A stretch of 64,000 nt of DNA from an uncultured virus (IMG/VR IMGVR_UViG_3300035520_001855). Its lineage: Duplodnaviria > Heunggongvirae > Uroviricota > Caudoviricetes. Under the pieces are notes generated by a model that was not told the origin of the DNA, made no database searches, and was given only the letters and a program-made list of their open reading frames with translations. A program made the position numbers and the translations under genes. This document shows, one piece after another, positions 27,581-37,929 of the stretch. Within the stretch, counting starts at the first letter, position 1, and every line of letters begins with the position of its first letter. The stretch is from the IMG/VR virus record IMGVR_UViG_3300035520_001855; one strand, 5' to 3'.

Positions 27581-30500
27581 TTACTGTTCTACAGGAAATG
27601 TGTAAGAAGAATCTAAAACTTTCTGTAAAACCATTGCAGCATCATTTGCTGTAATAGATCCACTATTATCCACATCTGCTAACGGCATTAAATCTTCATC
27701 TAAGAAATCTGATAATACATGCTGAAGAATCATTGCTGCGTCTTGTGCTGTCAGATAACCGCTGCAATCCACATCGCCATAAAGTTGTGTTACTTTATTT
27801 TCTTTAAGCATTATTGTAATATCTGTATTCTGTGGTACTATGTATGTAGTTCCAGATAATACTTCACCATTGACATATACTGTGTAATCACCGTCAGGTA
27901 TTATGGTTAATATGTCACCTTCTTTTACCAAAGAACCTATTGTTAAAATCTGTCCTGAGCAAGTAACAGTCACATTATTAGGTATTGTGATACTCTTGAG
28001 GATAATTGTATTTTCATCATCAGCAAATGTTACATACTGAATATCATAAGTGTATCCTTTACTCTTGTAAGTGGTCACATCTGACTGTGATAAGAACAAA
28101 TCAGCATTATCTTCTGGGTTATTGAATGCTTGGAAATACTGAACATTATTTGAATCAGCTGCACAATAAACTACTGCTGATATTGTATCTACAAATCCAG
28201 CATTTGATATTGGAACTTTTGCAGAGCCCGGTACAATGATAGTGCTGATGTTTTTACACCCTGAAAAAGCTTTTGTACCTACTGACATATTACCCTCTAA
28301 AGTGATTGTTGTAAGTGATGTACAATTATCAAATGCCCTTTCCTCTAAATCCTCTGTTGCTGGACTAAATTCAATATAGGCTAAGGCTTTACAATTTTGG
28401 AATGCTGTCTTGCCAATTGTTAAGCAATTGTAGGGTAACGTAATACTTGATAATGATGTACATCCCTTGAAGCAACTTTCAGGTATGTAGCTGATGTGTG
28501 ATAAAGCTCTATTCTTTGTTTCTGTATTCTGACTCATGTTGTAGATATTTACATTGGATTTATCAAAATTTACATTTGTTAAAGATGTGCACCCACTAAA
28601 TATGCCAGTGGATAAACCTTTGGTTTCATCACCTATATCAATTGTGCCCTTGGACTTATTATAGGAGATTGTCCTAAATTTGATTGTGTCAATATCTGTT
28701 ATTGAATCAACTGTATCCGTTGTGATATTTGGTGCTTCAAAAGTTAAATCTGTTAAAGATGTACATGAAGCAAATGCACTGCTGCCGACAACTTCAGTTG
28801 TTGCTGGAATTGATACACTTGTTAGATTTTTGCAGCTTGATAATGCATTGTTAAATATATACACATTATCGCCAAGATCAACACTCTCTATGGCAGAACC
28901 TGAGAGAGCTGATGTTCCAATATAATTAACAGGTCCAAGGTCGATGGACTTGAGATATGTTTTCATTGAGCAGTCTGATCCACCATATGGATTATTGATC
29001 CATGAATCTGCTAAATAAAGGTTTTTATTAGATACTGCTAAAGTGTCTGGAATTGTCAATGACTCAAAGCCACCACGATAACCAGTGATTTGATTTCCCT
29101 GAATAATTAAGAAATCTTCATCATTAATTGTGTTGTCTATTGTATTGACTGTGTATCCATTTGTATGTGCAAACTCATAAGCCTTCGTATCTAAAGGTGT
29201 TGAGATTGTTTTTAGCCCTGACCCACTAAATGCATTATCATCAATTATCTGAACACTTCTTGTTAAAGTAATGTCTTTTAATGAGGCACAATTGTTGAAT
29301 GCATCCTCATCAATTCGTACAAGATAAGGCATGTATGGTGCTTCTTCAAGTGATGTACAACCATCAAATGCTGCATTTGCAATTCGTCCTGCACTTTCAC
29401 CAACTGTGACCATTTTTAAAGCTGAACAATTTTGGAATGTTCCTGAACTAATGCCTTGCAATGTTAAAGGTAAGTCAGCCTGCACCAAGCTTGTGCAATC
29501 TTTAAATACTCCTGTATCAAAGGTATATTTTGCCGTTGTTGACGAAGAAAGAATACCATAACCCATCTTTGTTAAGTCTGCTGTTTGCAAACTTATACAA
29601 TTCTCAAATGCACCTTTACCCATTGTTCCAATACCATAACCTGTGGTAACATCAGTAATGCTATTGCAATCTTTGAAAGCATTTGTTCCTATACTTGTCC
29701 AATCTTGGAATGTCTCTACTGTTGTTACAAGGTTGGAACAACCTTCAAATGCATTATCGCCAATTTTACTAGTTAATGTACTTTTACTAACTAAAAGATA
29801 AGTGTGTGACATTGATTGCAAATTCGTACAGTATTGAAAAGATCGATTTCCTAAAACAGCCCTATCTTGGAACTCTACGGTCTTTAGTGCCTTTGCATTT
29901 ATAAAAGCTTCATCACCTAAAGTTACTGCTCCTTGTGCTGTAAAACTTTCTATGTTTGCATTATCTCTGAATGCACCAGTATCAACTTTTGTTACTGTTG
30001 ATGATAACACAATTGTATCAAGTAAAGTCTGTACTGGACAGTAGATTAATGTCGTTTCATATTTATTATATAACACACCTGCTTCAGCAGAAAAAGATTT
30101 ATTTGATGAACTAACTGTTATTATTTCTAGACTGTTACAGTTAGTGAAAGACGTTGAATTGAGTGTGCTTGTTAAAGTAGCACCAATGCTCACTGTTTCA
30201 AGAGACGTACAATCCTGGAAAGTTGAAGCACCTAAAGTTTTTACATTATCTGGAATTGTGACATCTGTAAGTGCTGTACAATTCTCAAATGTGTTTTTAC
30301 CGAATGTCATAGTTAATTCTGACGTCAGTTCTTTTCCTGCACGAACCTCTTTCATGTTCTTTGTTGATACATTAAAATCTGTAAGGGCTGTGTCATCTTT
30401 AAAAAGATAATCCCCGAACTCCCTAAATCCTGATATGCTTACTTTCTTTAGAGCTGAACATCCAGAAAAGGCATAATCACCAATCGTGGTATTTACAGTA

Positions 30501-31075
30501 GCATTTGATGTTGTTAGATTTTCTGTGATTATATTTCCGTCATCATCAGTTGCATAAAGTTCGCTTTTTGCTTTTACACTTGTCAGATTCTTACAATTTA
30601 GAAAAGCCTTTGAACCTATCTCCCTAATTGTACTTGGTAATGTTATAGATGTGACATTTGATGATTCGAATGCACTATCTGCAATTGAGCGAATCTTATA
30701 TGTGACTGTTGTACCATCTGATTTTGTGAGTGAAATCTCTTCAGGAATTGTTACATCACATTTGATGTCCTTTGGAATTGTCCTGACCTGTCCACAGGTC
30801 TCTCCATTAAATGTGTAGTCGTACTTGATTGTAATTGTGTATTCAACACCGTTCTTGTCTTGCTGTTTAACAGTTAAAACGTTTGTATCAACTGCATAAG
30901 CAGACAGCGAAGTGCTTGAAGTAGCTTTATCAACTAGTGCTGCATCTGATATAGTTGGCTCATTAAAGGATTGTGCGTCAGATGTTTCTGGTGCTCCTGG
31001 ATTGCTTGCATAAACTGGTGTGTTACTGAACAGCATTGATAACGCTAAAGTTAAACAAATAAGTTTACGTTTCAT
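27581..31075 (-). CDS. Secreted BspA/TpLRR (LRR_5) surface protein with C-terminal dockerin
   Basis: Signal peptide; many IGxxAFxxCxxLxxxxLP units; YGDVDCSGYLTAQDA..ADVDNSGSITANDA. Confidence 0.9.
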   Translation of the reverse strand: MKRKLICLTLALSMLFSNTPVYASNPGAPETSDAQSFNEPTISDAALVDKATSSTSLSAYAVDTNVLTVKQQDKNGVEYTITIKYDYTFNGETCGQVRTIPKDIKCDVTIPEEISLTKSDGTTVTYKIRSIADSAFESSNVTSITLPSTIREIGSKAFLNCKNLTSVKAKSELYATDDDGNIITENLTTSNATVNTTIGDYAFSGCSALKKVSISGFREFGDYLFKDDTALTDFNVSTKNMKEVRAGKELTSELTMTFGKNTFENCTALTDVTIPDNVKTLGASTFQDCTSLETVSIGATLTSTLNSTSFTNCNSLEIITVSSSNKSFSAEAGVLYNKYETTLIYCPVQTLLDTIVLSSTVTKVDTGAFRDNANIESFTAQGAVTLGDEAFINAKALKTVEFQDRAVLGNRSFQYCTNLQSMSHTYLLVSKSTLTSKIGDNAFEGCSNLVTTVETFQDWTSIGTNAFKDCNSITDVTTGYGIGTMGKGAFENCISLQTADLTKMGYGILSSSTTAKYTFDTGVFKDCTSLVQADLPLTLQGISSGTFQNCSALKMVTVGESAGRIANAAFDGCTSLEEAPYMPYLVRIDEDAFNNCASLKDITLTRSVQIIDDNAFSGSGLKTISTPLDTKAYEFAHTNGYTVNTIDNTINDEDFLIIQGNQITGYRGGFESLTIPDTLAVSNKNLYLADSWINNPYGGSDCSMKTYLKSIDLGPVNYIGTSALSGSAIESVDLGDNVYIFNNALSSCKNLTSVSIPATTEVVGSSAFASCTSLTDLTFEAPNITTDTVDSITDIDTIKFRTISYNKSKGTIDIGDETKGLSTGIFSGCTSLTNVNFDKSNVNIYNMSQNTETKNRALSHISYIPESCFKGCTSLSSITLPYNCLTIGKTAFQNCKALAYIEFSPATEDLEERAFDNCTSLTTITLEGNMSVGTKAFSGCKNISTIIVPGSAKVPISNAGFVDTISAVVYCAADSNNVQYFQAFNNPEDNADLFLSQSDVTTYKSKGYTYDIQYVTFADDENTIILKSITIPNNVTVTCSGQILTIGSLVKEGDILTIIPDGDYTVYVNGEVLSGTTYIVPQNTDITIMLKENKVTQLYGDVDCSGYLTAQDAAMILQHVLSDFLDEDLMPLADVDNSGSITANDAAMVLQKVLDSSYTFPVEQ

Positions 31076-31123
31076 TCTTAACATTCCTCCCAATTAAATA
31101 AAAATGAAATATAAAAAACAAAA

Positions 31124-31147
31124 AGGGTGTGCCCTAAGACACACCCT
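31124..31147 (-). terminator. Intrinsic terminator
   Basis: agggtgt..acaccct stem with a T run on the minus strand. Confidence 0.65.
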
Positions 31148-31152
31148 CGAAA

Positions 31153-34100
31153 TTATCTCTCAGAAATCTGATAGATGAGAACTGCAAGTTCGGCACGTGT
31201 AATGTCACTCTTAGGACGAAGTGAACCATTATCACCACTAACTATACCTGCGTTCACAAGTGCTGCTGCATAAGGCTTCGCCCAGTCTGCTACGTTAGCA
31301 CTATCATTAAATTTGTTAAGTACGCTGACATTTGCATTGTTATAATCAACGTTTGCAATCTTAGCAATGATAACAAACATTTCCTCCCTAGAAACTGTGT
31401 TCTCTGGCTTGAATGTTCCGTTACCATAACCAATCATTAAATTAGATTTTGTTGTTGCACCAATAGCACTTGCATAATAGCTAAATGCTGGTACATCATT
31501 AAATGAAGTTGCAGTTACACCAGTAAGACTTGAAAGCTTCTGAATAATGATTGCAACATCACCACGCTTTGTGCTCATGCCTGGTCTAAATGTACCATCT
31601 GGGTAACCATTGATGATTCCTGCCTTTGCAAGCTCATTAATATATGTTCTTGCATAACTGTTGGCAATATCAGTGAACATATCTGTCTCTGGTGCAGGTA
31701 CGTCTGAATCAACATGTGTTGAATCAACATCAACATCATCAGCGTCATTAGACTCGGATGCCGTGTTACTGCTCTTACCATTTGTTGCTGTTGTGCTAGC
31801 CTTGCTTGAAGATCTACCACCGCCACTTGTACTTCTACCACTGCTCTTAGTTACAGCCTTAGTTGTAGTCTCTGTGCTATCCTCTACTGCTGTAGTAACT
31901 GTAGTTGTAGATTCAACGCTGATAGCCTGATCAACAGTTGCACCATTATAAGAAACCTCAATTGAAGTCTGTCCAGATACAAGATCATCTAAAGGATATG
32001 TAAATCCTGTATCTACAGTTTCTTCATCACCATTATCATAAACAACCCCTAAGATCATACCAGTTGGATCAAATGAATCGCCCTCTGTGTACTCTGTATT
32101 ATCAGGCTCCTCTACGATATAGATGCTTGAGATAGACTTTGTTGTTACAGTAATAGGCTGTTCAGCCGTCTTACCATCAAATGAAATTTCAACTGACTTC
32201 TGGTCCAAAACAAGTGCCTCATCAGGGAATGTATAATCTGTTACAGGCTCACTAAAACCATTGTCATAAGTAGCCTCGATTTGCATACCTGTTGGGTCAA
32301 AGTCCGTACCTTCAACATAAGTTGTTTTGTCAGGTGGTGTTACAATCTGAATGCCCACTAAAGTCTTATTGCTTACTGTAATAGGCTGGTCAGCTGTTAC
32401 GCCATTATAACTGATAGTAGCAGAAGTCTGTCCTGCTGTTAAGCCATCTGTAGGTGTTGTGTAATCTGTTACTTCTTCCTCATCACCATTGTCATAGATA
32501 GCCTTTACTACCATGCCGGTTGGGTCAAATGTATTGCCCTCGATGTAGTCTGTCTTGTCAGGTGATTTCACAATTTGAATACCTGTGAGTGACTTCTTAA
32601 TAACCTCAATAAGCTGGAGAGCTGTCTTTTCCTGATATGTTACAGTTACATCTGTCTGACCAAGAACAAGCTTGTCAGTAGGAACTGTATAATCAATTGC
32701 TTTCTCGGTTGTGCCATTATCATAAACAGCCTCAACCTCCATGCCTTCCTTTTCAAATACAGTACCTTCAAGATACTTCACCTTATTAGGTTCTTTAGTG
32801 ATATTAATACCTACTAAAGATTTATCCCTAACTGTAATTGCCTGTTCAGCAACCAAGTCACCATAAGTGATTGGAATGAGTGGTGTACCTGAGATAAGAT
32901 TCTCCTTAGGATATACATAATCAATAACAGGTTCAACATCACCATTATCAAAGATGACTTCAATAACCATACCTGTAGGGTCAAATGGAGTACCTTCGAT
33001 ATAATCAACAGTATCTGGAGGTGTAGATATTACAAGGTCAACTGCTGATTTCTTTTCAACTGATACACTCTGCTCAGCTGTGAAACCCTTGTAAGATACA
33101 GTAACTGATGTGTCATCAAGTGTGAGCTTTTCCTCAGGAACTGTGTAATCTGTAATTGATTCAACATCATCATTATCATAAACTGCATCTACAACCATGT
33201 CAGTTGGATCAAAGGTATTGCCTTCAATATAAGTAGTTTTTGTAGGTGGTGTTGAAATTTTAATACCTACTAAAGACTTTGCTCTAACTTCAACAGGCTG
33301 CTTGTCTGTGAAGTTCTTATATATAACGGTTACTGTATCCTGACCAAGTGTAAGCTTGTCTGTTGGAACAGTATAATCTGTTACAGCTTCTGCTGTGTCA
33401 TTATCATACTTTGCAGTCACAACCATACCTGTTGGGTCAAATGTATTGCCCTCAATGTAGGAAGTCTTATCTGCTGGTGTCGTAATCTCAATACCTACTA
33501 AAGACTTTTCAACAACTGTAATTGGTTGTGCAACCTCAAGACCTTTATAGCCAATTGTTGCATTATCATCACCGAGTTTGAAATTATCAGTTGGATATGT
33601 ATAATTGTCAATTGTCTCCTCGTCACCATTGTCGTAGGTAAGCTGTACAACCATACCTGTTGGGTCAAAAGCTGTTCCCTCAATATACTTTGTCTTGTCA
33701 GGTGGTGTTACAATAGTTAAAGACTTTGCAGTCTTCTTTGCAACATTAATAGACTGATTAGCTGTAAAATCCTTGTATGATACTGTTACAGAATCTTGAC
33801 CAAGCGTGAGCTTATCTGTAGGTACTTTATAATCAGTAATTTCTTCTGTTGTATCATTATCATACACAGCTTTTACTACCATACCTGTAGGATCGAAAGT
33901 GTTGCCTTCAATATAGCCTGTTTTATCTGGCGGTGTTGTGATCTCAATACCTATTAAAGACTTAGCTTTTACTGTAATAGGCATTTTAACTGATTTACCT
34001 TCATAAGTGAAAGTAACTGAATTGTCTGATGTCTTCAATTCCTTACCATCTTTGTCTGTTGTGTAGTCTGTAACGATTGCTGTTGTGCCATCATTATAAA

Positions 34101-35148
34101 CTGCTGTAACAGTGTAGTTGGTTTTGTCAAGACTGTTACCTTCAATATAATTCTTTGAAGTTTTTTCAGTTACTTTAAGATCTGTAACCTTCTTCACTAC
34201 ATTGATTGTAAATGATGTTGACCTCTTGATAGTGCTACCACCATAAGCTTCTGAATGCTGTACTTTAACTGTGTGCTCACCTTCAGTTAAAGTTACATCA
34301 TCAGCAGATTCGCCATCAATCGTGACAACTGCATTAAGTTCAGACACTTTATTTGTTTGTGTCGATTCATCCTCATATGTTCTCTTAATAGTAATGTCCT
34401 CTAAAGTTGCACCAGGTGCATACTCTACTGTTGGATTTACTGCCTCAATATAGAACAAAGGACTATTCTCATAACCACTTAGCAAATACTGGAAGATTAC
34501 TGATGCATCATTTGCAGTTAATCTACCATCATCATCAAAATCACATGCTCTTCTAATAGCTTCACCTTCCTCACCACCAGGAAGATTTAATGCAGTATCT
34601 CTTGCATAGAATCCATCTGACATTTGTACTTTGCCGTCGCCATCAGCATCTCCCCAACGATAAGCATCACCAACATCACAAGGCAATAATTTACCATTGT
34701 GAAGTTTAGCTGTAAGCCACTCATAAATACTGTCCATATCCGATCTGTACAGTTTAGTTGCTGGCTCACGTACACCATCATCATCATTTGCAGTATCTGA
34801 TAACTTACCCTTAATATCCATTGCATTAAAAAGTCTTTCATCAACTTCCTTATCTGCAAAAACATTTGAGTGGCTTGTATCTGCGAGCCACGTTTGGATA
34901 CCTGTTAAATCATCTTCATCAAAATCACCATCGCCGTCATAGTCACCATACACAACTGTATCAGCTGCATATGCTTCCAAGTTGCTTGAGCTCGAATCTG
35001 AACTTACTAAAGCACTTGGAGATGTTGTTGTGTCCCCATCGATCACAGCAACATTGTCGTCTGTCGTCACTGCATACGCTGGCACAACATTGCTTGTAGC
35101 AAGTATGAAAGCGATAAATGATGACAGTACTTTAAGTCTTTTCTTCAT
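31153..35148 (-). CDS. Cell-surface protein: dockerin-like domains, about 10 Big_3 Ig-like repeats, S/T linker, 3 SLH domains
   Basis: GDADGDGKV..DFDDDGRLTANDA; TPPDKTxYIEGxxFDPTGM repeats; GIINGYPDGTFRP..ITRAELA. Confidence 0.9.
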   Translation of the reverse strand: MKKRLKVLSSFIAFILATSNVVPAYAVTTDDNVAVIDGDTTTSPSALVSSDSSSSNLEAYAADTVVYGDYDGDGDFDEDDLTGIQTWLADTSHSNVFADKEVDERLFNAMDIKGKLSDTANDDDGVREPATKLYRSDMDSIYEWLTAKLHNGKLLPCDVGDAYRWGDADGDGKVQMSDGFYARDTALNLPGGEEGEAIRRACDFDDDGRLTANDASVIFQYLLSGYENSPLFYIEAVNPTVEYAPGATLEDITIKRTYEDESTQTNKVSELNAVVTIDGESADDVTLTEGEHTVKVQHSEAYGGSTIKRSTSFTINVVKKVTDLKVTEKTSKNYIEGNSLDKTNYTVTAVYNDGTTAIVTDYTTDKDGKELKTSDNSVTFTYEGKSVKMPITVKAKSLIGIEITTPPDKTGYIEGNTFDPTGMVVKAVYDNDTTEEITDYKVPTDKLTLGQDSVTVSYKDFTANQSINVAKKTAKSLTIVTPPDKTKYIEGTAFDPTGMVVQLTYDNGDEETIDNYTYPTDNFKLGDDNATIGYKGLEVAQPITVVEKSLVGIEITTPADKTSYIEGNTFDPTGMVVTAKYDNDTAEAVTDYTVPTDKLTLGQDTVTVIYKNFTDKQPVEVRAKSLVGIKISTPPTKTTYIEGNTFDPTDMVVDAVYDNDDVESITDYTVPEEKLTLDDTSVTVSYKGFTAEQSVSVEKKSAVDLVISTPPDTVDYIEGTPFDPTGMVIEVIFDNGDVEPVIDYVYPKENLISGTPLIPITYGDLVAEQAITVRDKSLVGINITKEPNKVKYLEGTVFEKEGMEVEAVYDNGTTEKAIDYTVPTDKLVLGQTDVTVTYQEKTALQLIEVIKKSLTGIQIVKSPDKTDYIEGNTFDPTGMVVKAIYDNGDEEEVTDYTTPTDGLTAGQTSATISYNGVTADQPITVSNKTLVGIQIVTPPDKTTYVEGTDFDPTGMQIEATYDNGFSEPVTDYTFPDEALVLDQKSVEISFDGKTAEQPITVTTKSISSIYIVEEPDNTEYTEGDSFDPTGMILGVVYDNGDEETVDTGFTYPLDDLVSGQTSIEVSYNGATVDQAISVESTTTVTTAVEDSTETTTKAVTKSSGRSTSGGGRSSSKASTTATNGKSSNTASESNDADDVDVDSTHVDSDVPAPETDMFTDIANSYARTYINELAKAGIINGYPDGTFRPGMSTKRGDVAIIIQKLSSLTGVTATSFNDVPAFSYYASAIGATTKSNLMIGYGNGTFKPENTVSREEMFVIIAKIANVDYNNANVSVLNKFNDSANVADWAKPYAAALVNAGIVSGDNGSLRPKSDITRAELAVLIYQISER

Positions 35149-35182
35149 AAAAATTCCTCCTTATTGAAAAATAATTAATTGT

Positions 35183-35268
35183 CGTATTCAACAGGATTTG
35201 CACCTAGTCCCCCCTTAATTGGTACATCTCATATCAAATAAGGTGTGCTACTTCTGCACCATGAATAC
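35183..35268 (-). ncRNA. tRNA-like element 2 with extended non-canonical anticodon arm
   Basis: Acceptor GTATTCA/TGAATAC; D arm GTGC-AGAAGTA-GCAC; CCTTA/TAAGG stem enclosing 21 nt; T arm AGG-TGCAAAT-CCT. Confidence 0.55.
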
Positions 35269-35332
35269 ATAAGAAGGGCTATGGTTAAATGCCACAGCCC
35301 GCAAGGAAGAATTATTCAAACACCAAGGGTGC

Positions 35333-36061
35333 TTAAAACAAAGTTGTTATAGTGGATTGTACACGTTTACTTTTAATTTTGGTAAGTTCACCAATTTCAA
35401 AGTCATATTCAAATAGCTCCTCCCCATCCTCTCTGATATAATCTTGAGAGATTATATGAACATCTGAATGACCCATGTATTTATTACCACTTAATACAAT
35501 ATATTGGAAATTAGAATCTCTTGGATCCTTTGTTACATAAATATCTTGTGTTTGTTTTGTTATTAACACACGTGGTGCTATTGTTGTATCATTCAAATAT
35601 TTATGTACCAATGCATAATCCTCTTTACAAGCTATCCAATTCTTTATATGTGTTCCACTAAATGCTAAACTTGATATTTTTATGTTTTTCGATTCGCAAA
35701 ATACTGTTTTTAAATTATGACAGCTTGCAAAAGCATAGTCTTCTATAAGTTCAAGACTTTCTGGTAGAAACAATGTTGTCAAATTTGGACATGCTGAAAA
35801 TGCACCTGAATGTATGCACTCTAATGAATTAGGTAGAGATAGTCTACTCAAATTTACATTAGCTGTGCATGCATCTGCACCAATATCTTGATATCCATAT
35901 GGTATATCAATTTCTTTTATTTTCTTTGAGAATGTAAAAGATTCTGGTTTTATTTCTCTGAAACCTTTTGGAAATCTTAAAATCTCAGGACAATCAAACA
36001 TACCATATTCATTTGTTATTCCGTATGCACCAACTTGCAAAAAACTCATATAATATCTCAC
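35333..36061 (-). CDS. LRR_5 (BspA-like) protein without signal peptide
   Basis: LPNSLECIHSGAFSACPNL, LPESLELIEDYAFASCHNL; ends TITTLF. Confidence 0.8.
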   Translation of the reverse strand: MRYYMSFLQVGAYGITNEYGMFDCPEILRFPKGFREIKPESFTFSKKIKEIDIPYGYQDIGADACTANVNLSRLSLPNSLECIHSGAFSACPNLTTLFLPESLELIEDYAFASCHNLKTVFCESKNIKISSLAFSGTHIKNWIACKEDYALVHKYLNDTTIAPRVLITKQTQDIYVTKDPRDSNFQYIVLSGNKYMGHSDVHIISQDYIREDGEELFEYDFEIGELTKIKSKRVQSTITTLF

Positions 36062-36147
36062 CCCCCTATATTGTTATTACTATCAATTTATAATGACTGT
36101 ACAATCCAATAATTATGATACTTTCAGGGTGAAATATTCAAAAAAAT

Positions 36148-36603
36148 TTAGCTAAATTCTGATGTTGTCTCTGATGTACTTGCATTATTGATACGTACTA
36201 AATACCCCTTATAAAATTGTCGGCTATTTGCAATGTATTTGTACATACCTTCGCATCCGATACACCTAAACAAATCTTGAAGTTCATTATTTAAACTGTC
36301 TACATATGAGCTTGCAAATTCTAAGCTAGCTCTTTTTGGATTGAAGTTTATCTTTATATAAATTTCAACATCTTCCATAGTTTTCATTGTTGAAGCAGGT
36401 GCATCCATATAATATTTAACATTGACACCATTTTTAAGTAGTTCCGTTAAATATGCTATGCGTGATGCAGAATCTTCTGAATCTATAATTTCTTGAATAT
36501 CTAATCCCATTTCAAGTGCATGTTTAATTAATGTAAGTTGACGATCATCAAACATACCAGAGTCTACATATTCTTTATAAAGTCTTATCTGAGCAATTTT
36601 CAT
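36148..36603 (-). CDS. Hypothetical protein with a degenerate 26-aa-repeat N-cap
   Basis: FDDRQLTLIKHALEMGLDI resembles the N-cap of the 23-26 kb array; ends ETTSEFS. Confidence 0.65.
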   Translation of the reverse strand: MKIAQIRLYKEYVDSGMFDDRQLTLIKHALEMGLDIQEIIDSEDSASRIAYLTELLKNGVNVKYYMDAPASTMKTMEDVEIYIKINFNPKRASLEFASSYVDSLNNELQDLFRCIGCEGMYKYIANSRQFYKGYLVRINNASTSETTSEFS

Positions 36604-36620
36604 TTTTATTCCTCCTTATG

Positions 36621-37055
36621 CTATAATAGCAATTTTCTTAAGTAACATAATAATTTATGTTTACGGTAGCTTATTGTTTGTTGCGATAGATTCATTTGAT
36701 GTGCTATCTGTTTTTCTGTTTTATCATAGTAATATAAATCAATTAACAAACTTTTATCTTCTTTTGGCAAATCATCTATTAAATCTAATAACTGTAATAA
36801 AGTTATCTTTCTTAATGCTTCTGTTTCAGCTGATTGTACTGATTGCCCTGAACAATTTATTAAATACTCTGTTAATGAATTGTCACTTGATGAGATATGT
36901 CGTTGCTTTGCTACCTTATGCATGTATCTCTCTTTAGCTCTACCACGATAATAAACCTCCCAAACTTCTTTAGTAACTGGTATTAATTGTTGATTTAAAT
37001 ACACATAAAAATCCCTTTCCATTTGTAATGCCTCCATTAGATTATATTTACTCAT
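36621..37055 (-). CDS. Sigma-70 region 4 domain regulator (Tn916 Orf7-like)
   Basis: IPVTKEVW..LPKEDKSLLIDLYYYDKTEKQIAHQMNLSQQTISYRK. Confidence 0.8.
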   Translation of the reverse strand: MSKYNLMEALQMERDFYVYLNQQLIPVTKEVWEVYYRGRAKERYMHKVAKQRHISSSDNSLTEYLINCSGQSVQSAETEALRKITLLQLLDLIDDLPKEDKSLLIDLYYYDKTEKQIAHQMNLSQQTISYRKHKLLCYLRKLLL

Positions 37056-37108
37056 CTAATATTAGAGAACATTTTATGGTATTTACTAAAACAATTTGGA
37101 AAAATTTG

Positions 37109-37738
37109 TTATTTTATTTCAAAAGCTTGATAAGTACTAAACTCTTTATATAATCTTGTCACTTGAATAATGTTATTACTGTCTTTATAAAAATGATAAT
37201 ATATCTCAGGCAAGACCGATGTCACACATATCTGTTTGAAATAACGTAAAAGTTTCTGATTAAGAAGTAGAGCATCTCTGGAGTAATTTACTGTAAAATC
37301 CTTAACTTTAGCTTTCTGATATTGTGTGAGTTCATACAGTATCCCATAAAAAGGCTTTTGTGAACTTGATTGTATATTTGCTTGTTCTATAATTTCATTA
37401 TAATCTTCCATTGGTATGTGACAAGTTTGTAATAGCTTATACTTGTATATAGGTTTGTCATATTCTCTTGTGCCAAATGTTGAATGCACAGGTATACCCA
37501 GTTCAGCTAAATTGTCTCCTGAAACAACTGCACTAATTAAAAGTTCTGGCTGATGCATATCTAAATTTTTAATGACACTCAACATTCTTCTCGTAATATT
37601 AAAATACTTGGTTGTTTCTTCATCTGAATTATTTAAACTGTAGTTATAAACAGCTATTGCATAGTTATTATTTTTAAATGGATTATATCGTTCAGCTTCT
37701 CCTTCAAATATTTCATTTATTTCTTTTATTATATTCAT
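37109..37738 (-). CDS. Hypothetical protein, possible N-terminal HTH
   Basis: AAGGAGG RBS; SDEETTKYFNITRRML. Confidence 0.7.
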   Translation of the reverse strand: MNIIKEINEIFEGEAERYNPFKNNNYAIAVYNYSLNNSDEETTKYFNITRRMLSVIKNLDMHQPELLISAVVSGDNLAELGIPVHSTFGTREYDKPIYKYKLLQTCHIPMEDYNEIIEQANIQSSSQKPFYGILYELTQYQKAKVKDFTVNYSRDALLLNQKLLRYFKQICVTSVLPEIYYHFYKDSNNIIQVTRLYKEFSTYQAFEIK

Positions 37739-37752
37739 AATACCCTCCTTGG

Positions 37753-37849
37753 TTTGTTATTAAGATATTCACGTTCTTTAATATGGTTATCGTATTTTCA
37801 TATTAAGATTTTGCTATTTGTTATTAAGATTTACAGAAATCTTAATAAC
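37753..37849. promoter_or_regulatory. Repeated operator/iteron-like boxes TATTAAGAT
   Basis: Copies near 37758, 37801 and 37822, inverted copy at 37837-37849. Confidence 0.65.
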
Positions 37850-37853
37850 GCTA

Positions 37854-37882
37854 TTGACATTTAAAAAACTATATGATACTAT
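37854..37882 (+). promoter_or_regulatory. Sigma-A promoter for the lone plus-strand gene
   Basis: TTGACA-17 nt-TACTAT with extended TG. Confidence 0.75.
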
Positions 37883-37929
37883 ATAACCAGATTCGAATCA
37901 AATTATAAAAATTTTATGGAGGTTTTAAT

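Noticed and set aside
31153..35148. Cellulosome scaffoldin
   Set aside because: Repeats match Big_3 Ig-like units rather than cohesins; no CBM or glycoside hydrolase present
17905..35268. Calling the two cloverleafs functional decoding tRNAs
   Set aside because: Neither has a 5-bp stem with 7-nt anticodon loop or an encoded CCA
1..36603. Tag as a purely DNA/RNA-level site (attC-like site or RBS enhancer)
   Set aside because: Frame is kept in most cases, codons vary synonymously, there is no palindrome, and several copies precede terminators rather than an RBS; an added RNA-level role is not excluded
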